Notes: a model not told the origin generated them from the sequence alone. 55,669 nucleotides of DNA from Pseudomonadota bacterium (GCA_021325135.1 JAJPHT010000028.1:1-55669), one strand, 5' to 3'. Numbered from the stretch's first letter, positions 26,882 to 36,053 are shown. Translations and numbers: made by a program.

Positions 26882-27004
26882 GGCGGATGATCGAATCGGC
26901 TTCCCATGGTCCGGCCCACCAAGGAGCCGGGCGCGCGGGGGTGGATCGAAACTCCCGCACAAATCCAGCGTGAAGCCTCCCGCGGGGCCCTGCCGCGCGC
27001 CCCT

Positions 27005-27095
27005 GGGCTCCCTGAAGCGACGATGGGCGGCAATCCGGGGCGCACTCCCCACCTTCAGAACCAGCCTCCCACGCCCGCCCCGCTTCAGGGAGCCC
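27005..27095. repeat. 15-bp perfect inverted repeat with 61-bp spacer
   Basis: GGGCTCCCTGAAGCG (27005-27019) / CGCTTCAGGGAGCCC (27081-27095). Confidence 0.8.
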
Positions 27096-27383
27096 GCGGC
27101 CCTCGATGGTGCTCCAAAATCTTCCCCCGCTCCCAACTGGAATCCTCTCCAAAGCCCCGAATCTGCCGTCATGCAAGGCCAAGCTGCGATATAGCCTCTC
27201 AAGCACGAAGGAAAACGTGCAATCAATGCGTCTGGTCAGACTAGGCTTTAATGAAAATTTTTCCAGTTCAATATTCGTAACACGGAAGAATCTAAGTCTG
27301 TGAAGTTGTTACAGGCTTAGGGAGTCTGTTGAGTCTTGCCGGAGCGCATCTGGCCTGGATCGCAGGTCCCAGAGTTGAACACG

Positions 27384-27968
27384 ATGAAGACAGCATTCGC
27401 ATTCCTCGTGGTGTTCGTCACCATGAGTGGGATCGCCGCCGCTCAGAACATCGAATCTCTCAAGGGCCCCGAGATTTACGCGGTGGGCGTGCCCAACGTT
27501 GACACGGGGCCGGCTTTGCAGGTCATCAGTTCAGTTCTCGCCAGCGACCCTGACAAGGCGTGCGAGAACACCGACGCGAAGGCGGCCCCCGCCTGCAACT
27601 TCCACTGCGCTACGGGGGATCTCCTGTACGTCGACGCCAGCAGCACGGACACGCCCCCGGGCATCGCGCACGTCTACGCGGACGCCGACTGCGCGGGTAT
27701 CGGTGCCCACTGCGACGGGGACCTGCACTGCGAAGGCACGTCATCCGCCACGGTCCCCACGGACGGCCCGGGGCACTGCTCCGCAAGCACCGACGAGCCA
27801 TGGTTCTCCAAGGACTCGGCGACCGTCACCTGCTCCTCGGCCCCCGCGAAGAATACCGGGGACATCCTGACGCTCTCGATGGGCCTCCAGGGGAACCATC
27901 TCGTGAGCGCCGTCTACACGCTCGTGCAGCCCGACGGAACCGTGTTCATCTATCACGTCCATATGTAA
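27384..27968 (+). CDS. Secreted cysteine-rich protein (paralog 1)
   Basis: Signal peptide; CNFHC…ADCAGIGAHC…C…DGPGHCSASTDE…VTC. Confidence 0.75.
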   Translation: MKTAFAFLVVFVTMSGIAAAQNIESLKGPEIYAVGVPNVDTGPALQVISSVLASDPDKACENTDAKAAPACNFHCATGDLLYVDASSTDTPPGIAHVYADADCAGIGAHCDGDLHCEGTSSATVPTDGPGHCSASTDEPWFSKDSATVTCSSAPAKNTGDILTLSMGLQGNHLVSAVYTLVQPDGTVFIYHVHM

Positions 27969-28026
27969 GGACGTGACCGCGGCGGGGCTGAGCCTCGCCG
28001 CCCTTTCTTCTGCTGACGTGGTGCTT

Positions 28027-28575
28027 ATGCGACCCTCCTCCGCTCCAACTGTTGTGCGCGCCCCATGGCTCCTGGCGTTCATCCTCCTCCTGTCAGGTTG
28101 TGCCAGCCGCCAACTGGAAACGCAAAGCCCCGTCGCTATTCCTTCGCCTCCGGCGGAAATCGCGCCTTCCACCATATCGCAGTCGTTTGACCTCTTGGTA
28201 ACAGAAGTCGACGCGCCATCCGCTGTGAACGGGCGGGGGGAAAGTTGCGTGCATTTCACCTTCGGGTCCGACGTGTCGATCCTGAATGGATCGGCGCGGG
28301 CGGAATGGTCGCCCGTCCTGCCGGCTTCGGGGAAGCTGAGCCTCGGCTTCATCGTCTTGACGGAGGGCCCTCCGCGGACTTCCGTTCAAGGTGGATCGCC
28401 TCTGCAAATCGCGATCAATGCCTCAAACTTCACGCCGAAGTCGCCATATACTGCTATCTTTGTCGGCGCTCCCCGGAATTCGGCCAGCGTTCAGCAGCCG
28501 GTGAAACTCGATGTTTCCCTCACCTACCGCGGGAACCTGACCCTTGAAAAAACATCATGCGCTATCTCGGGATAG
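28027..28575 (+). CDS. Putative lipoprotein
   Basis: Lipobox LLSGC after a hydrophobic stretch; two further Cys. Confidence 0.7.
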   Translation: MRPSSAPTVVRAPWLLAFILLLSGCASRQLETQSPVAIPSPPAEIAPSTISQSFDLLVTEVDAPSAVNGRGESCVHFTFGSDVSILNGSARAEWSPVLPASGKLSLGFIVLTEGPPRTSVQGGSPLQIAINASNFTPKSPYTAIFVGAPRNSASVQQPVKLDVSLTYRGNLTLEKTSCAISG

Positions 28576-28576
28576 C

Positions 28577-28981
28577 TTACGTCACAACATCGCACTTCAC
28601 CATCAGCAGGTCCCGGGCCCAAGGCATCTCATTCGTGCTGGCCGAGCAAGCTCCGGGCCCGTCGGCGGGAATGCGCGCGCTTTGGTCATGGCAAGCCAAC
28701 GCATGATCGGTGCAGTGGGCACCGACACCCGCGCAATCTGCTGCGCCTTGAACATATGGGAACCAAGACCCATCGGCGCTACGCACTTCCACGGAAAGCC
28801 GCGCGCCCGCCGGGCATACAAAATAGCACGTCACGACGCCATAGCCCTTCGCTTCGCAGCTTTGCGTCCCCTCGCCCATTCTTTCGACGGTGGTTGGAGC
28901 GCGCCAGGAAGCGGCGACCGGAGCGCCGACCACCAACAGGAGGAGAAGCGTCGCCACCAACAGCGCCTTCTTCCGATGCAC
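28577..28981 (-). CDS. Secreted cysteine-rich protein (paralog 2)
   Basis: Signal peptide; CYFVC…ADCAGVGAHC…C…DGPGACSASTNE…VKC. Confidence 0.75.
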   Translation of the reverse strand: MHRKKALLVATLLLLLVVGAPVAASWRAPTTVERMGEGTQSCEAKGYGVVTCYFVCPAGARLSVEVRSADGSWFPYVQGAADCAGVGAHCTDHALACHDQSARIPADGPGACSASTNEMPWARDLLMVKCDVVT

Positions 28982-29404
28982 AGCCGCATAGCTGGGGCGG
29001 AGGGAAAATCCCTTCCTCCATGGGTCAGGTTGCCCTCGGGCCCCGGAAGACGCATAGAGCGCCGAGCGCGCGAGGTGCGGGGCGCGTTTCGCCTGCGCCG
29101 CCGCGGCCCCGGCGCACCGGTGCCACGATCTGCGCGACGACGCCCGGGCGCATCAGCTCGCGGAGCTGCGCGCGGACCGGCGGGACCCGTGGGACCGACA
29201 CCGGGCACCCGGCCCGGAAAGTGTCTCTCTCCGGCACATCTCTATTCTTTCTTCCATCACTGGGGGGAAGCCAGCGGCGAGGCCCCCCAGCATCGTCACC
29301 ATGACGGAGGGCAGCGGGGATGCCTCCCGGGTCGTCTTCGTGACGGGTCGGACGCGGCGCGCGCCGCACTCCCAGCCAGCCCCGCGCGTGTGTCCAGCCT
29401 CGCG

Positions 29405-29740
29405 TCGCGCACCGTTCTAGGCTGGCGCGTCCGGACGCCCGAGCGTTGGCCTGTGGCGATTAGCGGGAAGCAGAGGCAGAAGACCCACGAACCGTTCTAA
29501 GGCCCGCGCGCCCGCGCCCCGAACTGCTCGCCAATCGCCACCCGTTGCGTGCAGTTCTGGACGCCCGCGGGGTCGCTCCAAGGGCCACGCCATCCTGCGC
29601 GCCTGGGGCGACAGGCTGTCTTCTTCTTCCGAAAACCCCCCGCACCGTTCTAAGGTCCGCGCGTCCGAACCTCGGACGCCCTGCCCGTGACCATTAGCAA
29701 GCGGCGGCAGTGGAACCCCCCCACTTCGTTCTAGGTTGGA
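29405..29740. repeat. Four CGTTCTA(A)GG boxes in two degenerate tandem units (iteron/ORB-like)
   Basis: Cores at 29413, 29493, 29646, 29727 (spacings 80, 153, 81); apparently non-coding. Confidence 0.65.
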
Positions 29741-29777
29741 CTGTTGTCCCCCCTAGATCGACGGGCAGGAGGCTGAA

Positions 29778-29823
29778 GAAAAAAAAGGAAGTCGGCCCCC
29801 CGCTTATGGGCCGGCCCTTTTTT
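29778..29823. terminator. GC hairpin flanked by A and T tracts (terminator-like)
   Basis: AAAAAAAAGG…CGGCCC…GGGCCG…CCTTTTTT. Confidence 0.45.
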
Positions 29824-30079
29824 GGGGCTTCGGGGTCGGTCCTGGGCGTCCGGCGGGTCCCTCCGGCGAGGCCTCACGTCCCGCCAGGGCCACAAGGCGC
29901 CCATGACGACCCGCGCCCCCTTCACCACGCAGCCCCCGGGCGTCCCGGTGGCACCCCTTGCGGACCCCTGGCGCCCCCGCCGAAAGTCCAAGAGCCACCC
30001 CACGCACACATTCCCCGTGCCTTTCCTCGTCCTCGCGCTCGCGGCAATCCTCGCGCCCACCGGGAAGGAGGCGGCCACC

Positions 30080-30349
30080 ATGGAGCCTGACGGCCTCGCG
30101 GCGATCCTCCCCGATCCCGAGGAGCGCCGCCGCTACCTCCACACCCTCCACAAGCTGACGCACCGCCCCATCAGCGCCCAGCGCCTCGCGGACCGCGCCA
30201 AGCTCAAGCACCGCCGCGCCGTCATCCTTACCGCGCTGCGCGCCGATCCCCGCTTGCAGCGCATCCGCGAGCCCACGACCGGCCCGGAACGCTACGCCTG
30301 GCGGCCCGAGTACCGCCACGGCGTGCCCGCGCGGAGGGCCCCCGCGTGA
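30080..30349 (+). CDS. Small basic wHTH-like protein
   Basis: AGGAGG before ATG; PISAQRLADRAKL…ILTALRADPRL…RYAW; an upstream start at 29903 is possible. Confidence 0.55.
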   Translation: MEPDGLAAILPDPEERRRYLHTLHKLTHRPISAQRLADRAKLKHRRAVILTALRADPRLQRIREPTTGPERYAWRPEYRHGVPARRAPA

Positions 30350-30537
30350 CGCGCTACCGTCACGCCCTGTGGGCACCTTCCGCGAAGTGGCCGCACGGCT
30401 ACCAATGGGGCGCGCCTGTGACGATCTTCCGCGAGCGGTTCCCCGAGAAGGTGAAGGAGTTTGGGGCGCCCTTGCGCGTGTGGGAGTCGGAGAGCGGAGC
30501 GATCGAAGAAAATTCAGCACCGGGCATGAGTTCCTAG
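30346..30537 (+). CDS. Hypothetical small protein
   Basis: GTGA overlap with the previous gene. Confidence 0.45.
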   Translation: MTRYRHALWAPSAKWPHGYQWGAPVTIFRERFPEKVKEFGAPLRVWESESGAIEENSAPGMSS

Positions 30538-31421
30538 CTCTGTCGCGTGAAGAAGCGAGGACATGAGGCACAGCGACCGCCCAGGCCGTAGTTGTATTCC
30601 ACGTTTTCAACGCGCACGGCAAGAGCTTCGGCTTTTCGTTGCAGGGCTTCCCAATCCGACCGGAGCTTGTCGAAATCGCCGCGGGTCTTGAGGTCGTCGC
30701 GGATCGCCTCAAGCGTCGTCTTGGACCCTTCAGCGTTCTCTTTGGTCCCCAACGCTTCGGTTCCCTGGTGCATGATAAACGCCCATTCCTCGTCGCGATC
30801 GTTCTTGCGCTCCACGCGGAACGTCAGGCGTGTGGAAAGCGGCTCATGATATTCTTCTGCCAGCCACGGGAGAAGCGCCGTCACGAATATTCGGATGCCC
30901 ATTTTTGGAATCTTTGGGTCATGATAATTCCACTTGAGCGGATGGTTTCCTTGCTCGATACGTTGCTCAATCCGAAGTGCCACATCTACGATTTGTTCCT
31001 CAAAGGCAGCCACGTCCACCTGAAGGGCGTCCCATTCCCGGTGGAGTGCAGGCCAATGCTGCTTGCTGCGCTCCCACAGGGCGCCGCGCGGGTAGAAATT
31101 CCTGTCCGCATCACCAAACAGAGCGGGGACCTTGGCGCGAAAGGGGAAGTCCTTCTCATAGGCGGTATTGACCCACCTGCGAAGCCCGCTGTGGAGCTTC
31201 CATCCTGCGTAGCTCCGCAGGTGGGCCTTCCAAGGGCGGATCACTTCTGAGAGAAAATCTCTTCGGTGTTCGGCCCGAAGCTGGAGAACGTGCAGATAGC
31301 GATTTCCGGCGAGTGCTGCAATGACGCCAAGGAGGCCCACCAAGAGGGCAAGCGCGATTTGCGAAGCGGCGGCAAAAGGGTTCGGCCCCTCAGCCGTGGC
31401 ATTCTCCAACGCAAGGAGCAT
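30534..31421 (-). CDS. Hypothetical protein with N-terminal TM and C-terminal CxxC
   Basis: TM IALALLVGLLGVIAALAG; helical/coiled region; RCASCP; atypical codon usage. Confidence 0.7.
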   Translation of the reverse strand: MLLALENATAEGPNPFAAASQIALALLVGLLGVIAALAGNRYLHVLQLRAEHRRDFLSEVIRPWKAHLRSYAGWKLHSGLRRWVNTAYEKDFPFRAKVPALFGDADRNFYPRGALWERSKQHWPALHREWDALQVDVAAFEEQIVDVALRIEQRIEQGNHPLKWNYHDPKIPKMGIRIFVTALLPWLAEEYHEPLSTRLTFRVERKNDRDEEWAFIMHQGTEALGTKENAEGSKTTLEAIRDDLKTRGDFDKLRSDWEALQRKAEALAVRVENVEYNYGLGGRCASCPRFFTRQS

Positions 31422-31477
31422 CGGCGCTGGGTAGCCTCCCCCGCTGCATGAAACCCCCCCAATCTTTGACGGAAAGG

Positions 31478-32620
31478 CTATGCCCCCGCCTTCACGGTCC
31501 GGATCAGTCCCGCCACTGTCTGCGCGCCCTTGCGCGTGGGCATCAGGCGATTCCAAATCTCGCGCGCCCCCACCACGGGCATACACCGGTCGTACCAGTA
31601 GCGGGCTTCCGGCTTGCCTTCCAGTGTGCCCAGCTTGGTGTAAATTCCCTGGGTGGGGTCGGGCGTCAACTCGCTTCGGGTGAGCAGGCTGTCGCCGCGC
31701 AGGACGGCGACGATGTGCGAGGGGCAGCCGCGGCGCTTCAGGACGCTCGTGAAGCCCCGCCGGTTGGTGTGGCCCGTGACGTTGGACTCGCGGCTCGTGA
31801 TGCTCTCCGCGAGGGAGCTTGCCTGGACTAGGCACTGAATCTTGTGTTGCGCGGTCTGCATCTTGATGTGGCTGCCCTTCTTCTGACCGGGCCAAAGCCA
31901 CGGATTGCCGGGATGGGTCTTCGCATTGCGTTCGCACTTCAGCTTCAGGAAATACTCCAACTCCTCGTCAAAGTAGACCTTCAGATAGGTTCGCTTGGGG
32001 TGCGCCTCCAGCGTGATGATGCGCTCACGCCAGTTGATCTTGTCAACGCGAATGGTGATGGCCTCGCCCAGGCGCACGCCCGTCTTGAAGAGGAGCAATT
32101 CCAGGAGGAAGCTGTCCAGGTCTTCGGCAGCCTCCAAGAGGATTGCCACGTCGTGTTCGTCTACGGCGCGGTAGTCGGGGCGAAGCTCGGCCCGGTGGTT
32201 CTTCTTGAAACTCTTCTGGAGGTCGTGGAAGGGGTTGCCCAGGCAGAGGCTCCGCACGCGAGCCAAGTAGTTGTAAAGGCTGCTCGCGCAGATGATGTGC
32301 GACAAGACCGTGCCCGCCTTCAACGCGGCCTTCTTCTGGCGCCCCGCATAGGGGCCCGTCGTGACCCACTTCACGAACGCCTGCGCCTCCGGGCGCTGGA
32401 GGCTGAGGAGGTGGAGCTTCCTCGTGGAGACGTATTCCAAGAGGTGACGGGCGTTGCGCTTCCAGTTCTTGTTCCCGCCCATCCCCTCGTCGTCCAAGTA
32501 GGCGAACCAGTCGGAGACGAGCTTCTCATTCGGGTACTCGCGGCGGGCGGCCTCCGTGATCTTGACCTGAAGCTCGCGCGTCAACTCCTCCACCGTGGGC
32601 GTCGCAGTGGGGTGACTCAT
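31478..32620 (-). CDS. Tyrosine recombinase/integrase
   Basis: KTGVRLGE (R), HPKRT (K), HTNRR (HxxR), LRGD, GIYT (Y). Confidence 0.93.
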   Translation of the reverse strand: MSHPTATPTVEELTRELQVKITEAARREYPNEKLVSDWFAYLDDEGMGGNKNWKRNARHLLEYVSTRKLHLLSLQRPEAQAFVKWVTTGPYAGRQKKAALKAGTVLSHIICASSLYNYLARVRSLCLGNPFHDLQKSFKKNHRAELRPDYRAVDEHDVAILLEAAEDLDSFLLELLLFKTGVRLGEAITIRVDKINWRERIITLEAHPKRTYLKVYFDEELEYFLKLKCERNAKTHPGNPWLWPGQKKGSHIKMQTAQHKIQCLVQASSLAESITSRESNVTGHTNRRGFTSVLKRRGCPSHIVAVLRGDSLLTRSELTPDPTQGIYTKLGTLEGKPEARYWYDRCMPVVGAREIWNRLMPTRKGAQTVAGLIRTVKAGA

Positions 32621-33321
32621 TCGGTCTCATCTCCCGCAGGACTCGCCAGGCTGTAGCGTGCATCCTTGCCCTTCACGATGAGGCCCAGGCGCGCGGCCCC
32701 CGCAATCGCGCGGCTGGCCTCCTGCTCGCTTATCCCCGTCTCCATGAGGCGGGCCTCCAAGTCCTTCCTGGCGAGCCTGGGCGCGATGGTGAGCGCGCCC
32801 AGGATGGCCCGCGTCGGCCCCGGGACCTCCTCGTACTCCGTCCCCGCGCCCATCATGCGCTCGCGGTTCGCTTCGTGCGCGCGGTGAAGCTCCACCACGT
32901 GCCCCGCCAACTCGTGCGCCCGTTCCTGGCATTCCGCCAACCTCCGCTCCGCCTCCTCCGCTCGCCGCACGGCATCCGAGCGGTCCCGCTCCGCCAAGTC
33001 CGCCCGGTTGGACAACTCAGCCAGCGTCTTCTCAAGCTCCACGACGCGGCCCGCGTCGTTCGGGTTCCCCAGGAGGTGCTGCGCGAAGGCTGGGTCCCGC
33101 AACCGGCACAACTGGAGGAACAAGAGGGGATCGGCGCGGCTCTGAAGGATGAACCGGGCATACCCGCTGGCGCTCTGCGAATGGCTGCCCGCCTCCCGCT
33201 CGAAGGCCTCCCGCTCCGGAGCCGTAAGGTAGACCTTCAAGGGCGGGACCTTCGCCGCCTCCACGACGGGGACGGACGCGGGCGAGGCGATCAGGGCAGG
33301 GCGGGGGGTCTTGGAGGGCAT
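32617..33321 (-). CDS. RHH + coiled-coil + wHTH protein, DUF5805-like, coupled to the integrase
   Basis: LKVYLTAPEREAFEREA…SASGYAR (RHH), heptad region, C-terminal LGLIVKGKDARY; ATGA overlap. Confidence 0.7.
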   Translation of the reverse strand: MPSKTPRPALIASPASVPVVEAAKVPPLKVYLTAPEREAFEREAGSHSQSASGYARFILQSRADPLLFLQLCRLRDPAFAQHLLGNPNDAGRVVELEKTLAELSNRADLAERDRSDAVRRAEEAERRLAECQERAHELAGHVVELHRAHEANRERMMGAGTEYEEVPGPTRAILGALTIAPRLARKDLEARLMETGISEQEASRAIAGAARLGLIVKGKDARYSLASPAGDETE

Positions 33322-33463
33322 GAGGTCTCGGGCTCCGGGCCATGCCGAAGCCCACGCCACCTGGGCGCGTGCCCCTCGGGCTTGCCCTTCCGAAAAGGGC
33401 TATCCGAGGGGACCCAACCCGGGTCGGTCGCGGGCCCCGCACGGGCCCGCACAAAGGATAGAC

Positions 33464-33546
33464 TCAGGGGGGCTCGCCCCCCTGACGTTTCGTTTCTCTG
33501 ATCAGACGACCTCACGTCAGGGGGCTGCGCCCCCCGAACCCCCCGC
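33464..33546. repeat. Pair of REP-like GC palindromes
   Basis: TCAGGGGGG-CTCG-CCCCCCTGA and GGGGGCTGCGCCCCCCGAACCCCCC. Confidence 0.65.
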
Positions 33547-33580
33547 TGGTGCGCGCGCTGCGGCGCGCGCGAAACGACTC

Positions 33581-34513
33581 CTACGCGCACCGCCAGCCCG
33601 CCACGTCGGCGGCGCGGCCCGCCACGACGGCCCGGGCGATGGCCCCGGACCGCTCGTGGCGCAGGCGGATGGAGCGCGCGTCGTAGGCCCCAAGGTGGGG
33701 TGTCAGGATCACGTTGGGCAGCGCGGCGAAGCGCGCGAGGTCCGCCTCCGGCCGGGGCTCCCCGGGCAGCACGTCCGCCGCATAGCCCGCGAGCCGCCCG
33801 TCGCGCAGCGCCGCCTCCACCGCCGCCTGGTCGACCACGTCGCCGCGGGCGGTGTTGACCAGCAGCGCGCCCTGCCGAAGCATCGCGATCTCCCTGGCGC
33901 CGATCATGCCGCGCGTCGCGTCGGTGAGCGGCACGTGGATGGTGAGCGCGTCGCTCCCGCGCAGCAGCTCCTCCAGCGAGGAGGCGAAGCGCGTCGGCTT
34001 CCCGGGCGCGAGGTCGTAGCCCAGCGTCGGCACGCCCAGGGCGCCCAGCATCGCGGCGACGCGCGAGCCGATGCGGCCCACGCCCAGGATGCCCACGGTG
34101 AGGTCGGGCAGGTCGCGCGCCTCCAGGCCCGCGCGCTCCCACGTCCCGGCCCGGGTGCGCGCCCGCGCCTCGGGCATGCGGCGCGCCAGCGCGAGGAGGA
34201 AGCCCAGCGTCAGGCGCGCGACGGCGTCCGCCGCGTAGTCGCTCAGGTGATAGCCCGCGACGCCGCGCCCGCGCATCCACTCCGCGGGCATGTGGTCGAA
34301 GCCGTCGGAGCGCGTGACGATGGCCTCCAGCGCGGGGAAGCGCTCCAGCGTCGCGGGGTCGAGGCGGTCCGCGTAGGAGACGCTCAGCACGCGCACGTCG
34401 GGCGCCGCGAGGGCGTCCGAGAGGGGCGCGTCCACGATGCGGCCGCCCGGAAGCGCCATCTCCGCGAGGACGCGCTCCCGCGGCGGGACGGAGGTCGCGA
34501 GGAGGGTGGCCAT
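33581..34513 (-). CDS. D-isomer-specific 2-hydroxyacid dehydrogenase
   Basis: TRSDGFDH, VGILGVGRIG, LVNTARG, ADVLPGEP, LTPHLG. Confidence 0.93.
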   Translation of the reverse strand: MATLLATSVPPRERVLAEMALPGGRIVDAPLSDALAAPDVRVLSVSYADRLDPATLERFPALEAIVTRSDGFDHMPAEWMRGRGVAGYHLSDYAADAVARLTLGFLLALARRMPEARARTRAGTWERAGLEARDLPDLTVGILGVGRIGSRVAAMLGALGVPTLGYDLAPGKPTRFASSLEELLRGSDALTIHVPLTDATRGMIGAREIAMLRQGALLVNTARGDVVDQAAVEAALRDGRLAGYAADVLPGEPRPEADLARFAALPNVILTPHLGAYDARSIRLRHERSGAIARAVVAGRAADVAGWRCA

Positions 34514-34571
34514 CGGGTGCCGACCCCGCCGCTCCCGGATGGTTTTTCCGCCTGGGCTCCGAGTCCGGGGC

Positions 34572-35444
34572 ATGCCCGAGGGGTCGTTCAAGGAGCGGGT
34601 CTTCCACGCGCTGGAGGGCACGCCGCACGAGCCGGGGAAGCACCACGCGCCCGTCGTGTTCGTCATCACCGCGGTCATCGTGCTCAACGTCGTGGCCATC
34701 GTGCTGGAGTCCGTGCAGGCGGTGCGCGACGCCGCGGGCCCGGTCCTCGTGGCGTTCGAGTGGGCCTGCGTCGCCGTCTTCACCGTGGAGTACGCGGCGC
34801 GGCTCTGGTCCTGCACCGCGGACCCGCGCTTCTCGCGCCCCGTCCGCGGGCGCCTGAGCTACGCGCTCACGGGCTTCTCCCTCATCGACCTGCTCGCGAT
34901 CCTGCCCACCTACGCGACGCTTGCCTTCGGCTCCGCGGGCGTGGACTTCACCTTCCTGCGGGCGCTGCGTCTCTTCCGCCTGGTGCGCGTGCTCAAGCTG
35001 GGCCGCTACTCCACGGCCGCGCATCACCTCTCCACCGTGCTCCACGAGCGGAGGCACGACCTGGCCGTCACGGCGGCGGTGGCGGGCGTCTTCCTCCTCG
35101 TCTCCTCCAGCGTGATGTACGAAGCGGAGCACGACGCCCAGCCCGACAAGTTCTCCAGCATCCCCGAGGCCATGTGGTGGGGCGTCGTGACGCTGGGCAC
35201 CGTGGGCTACGGCGACGTGTACCCCGTCACGACCCTGGGCAAGGTGCTCGGCGGCGTCAGCATCGTGGCCGGCATCGCGTTCCTCGCCATGCCCACGGCC
35301 ATCATCGCGTCGGGCTTCCTCTCGCAGCTGGAGAAGTCGCGCGCCGCCGCGAAGCCGTGCCCCCACTGCGGGAAGCTGGAATCCGAGCCCGTGCTGTCGC
35401 GCTCCGTGGCGGTGGATGGGCCTCCGCCGCAGAAGCCCGCCTAG
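34572..35444 (+). CDS. Voltage-gated-type 6TM potassium channel
   Basis: S4 LRALRLFRLVRVLKLGR; pore WWGVVTLGTVGYGD; C-terminal CPHC. Confidence 0.95.
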   Translation: MPEGSFKERVFHALEGTPHEPGKHHAPVVFVITAVIVLNVVAIVLESVQAVRDAAGPVLVAFEWACVAVFTVEYAARLWSCTADPRFSRPVRGRLSYALTGFSLIDLLAILPTYATLAFGSAGVDFTFLRALRLFRLVRVLKLGRYSTAAHHLSTVLHERRHDLAVTAAVAGVFLLVSSSVMYEAEHDAQPDKFSSIPEAMWWGVVTLGTVGYGDVYPVTTLGKVLGGVSIVAGIAFLAMPTAIIASGFLSQLEKSRAAAKPCPHCGKLESEPVLSRSVAVDGPPPQKPA

Positions 35445-35462
35445 GCTCTGCCCTTCGCCTCT

Positions 35463-35612
35463 CCTGGGGGCTGCCGCCCCCAGACCCCCGCGAGACCCGA
35501 ATCTCCGAATCTCGGAATCACCGGACAAGAGACGCTCGTGCGTCGTTTTCTGCGGTGATTCCGAGATTCGGAGATTCGGGTCTTTCCGGGGGGAAAGGGG
35601 GCGGAGCCCCCA
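35463..35612. repeat. REPIN/MITE-like element: two REP palindromes enclosing a 31-bp perfect inverted repeat
   Basis: 35493-35523 is the reverse complement of 35553-35583; flanks GGGGGCTGCCGCCCCC and GGGGGCGGAGCCCCC. Confidence 0.8.
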
Positions 35613-35631
35613 GCGAGAAAAGGAAAAGAGA

Positions 35632-35910
35632 TCAGATCCGCTCGGGGTCGTCCACGAGGTAGATGGTGGGCGCCTCGAGGACGCCGGCCCGCTGCATGGT
35701 GGCCTTGAGGTCGGCGCTCGTGAAGAACGCCTTCGCCTTCTCGATGTCCCCGTAGCGCATCACGACGACGACGTCGTTGGGGTCGGCGAGGCTGCGGTGG
35801 ACGCGCTCCTCCTTGAGGCTCGCCGCTTCGCGGGCCCCCTTGTGGTTCTGGAAGAAGGGCAGCCACGCGTTGTAGTCCTTGACCTTGTGCTTGACGATCG
35901 CATAGACCAT
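35632..35910 (-). CDS. Small dimeric alpha/beta-barrel (ABM/cyclase-like) protein
   Basis: HKVKDYNAWLPFF…DPNDVVV…AKAFFTSADLKATMQRAGV. Confidence 0.8.
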   Translation of the reverse strand: MVYAIVKHKVKDYNAWLPFFQNHKGAREAASLKEERVHRSLADPNDVVVVMRYGDIEKAKAFFTSADLKATMQRAGVLEAPTIYLVDDPERI

Positions 35911-36053
35911 GGGAGACACGCTCCGACCATTCCAACGCCCTCGACGACCTCAAGGCGCGCAGGGGCCCGCGCCGCGCGATCCCACCCTCCACGGGCGGGC
36001 GCTGCGATTCTGCGGAAAGCGGCCCTCCGAAAACGCAATGCGCGGGGGCCGGC

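Larger units (their letters stand above)
24226..33546. mobile_element. Putative integrative element / genomic island (boundaries approximate)
   Basis: Visibly more A/T-ending codons and AT-rich spacers; tyrosine integrase with RHH partner at the right end; iteron-like repeats; no att sites identified. Confidence 0.55.

Noticed and set aside
27288-27305. Fifth copy of the 18-bp motif (…CTGTGAAG)
   Set aside because: Only TGTGAA matches; too weak
29025-29369. 114-aa ORF on the minus strand
   Set aside because: Arg/Pro-rich, no recognisable features, several competing frames
29405-29740. Possible CRISPR array
   Set aside because: Repeats are only about 10 bp, spacing is irregular, the intervening segments resemble each other and no cas genes are present
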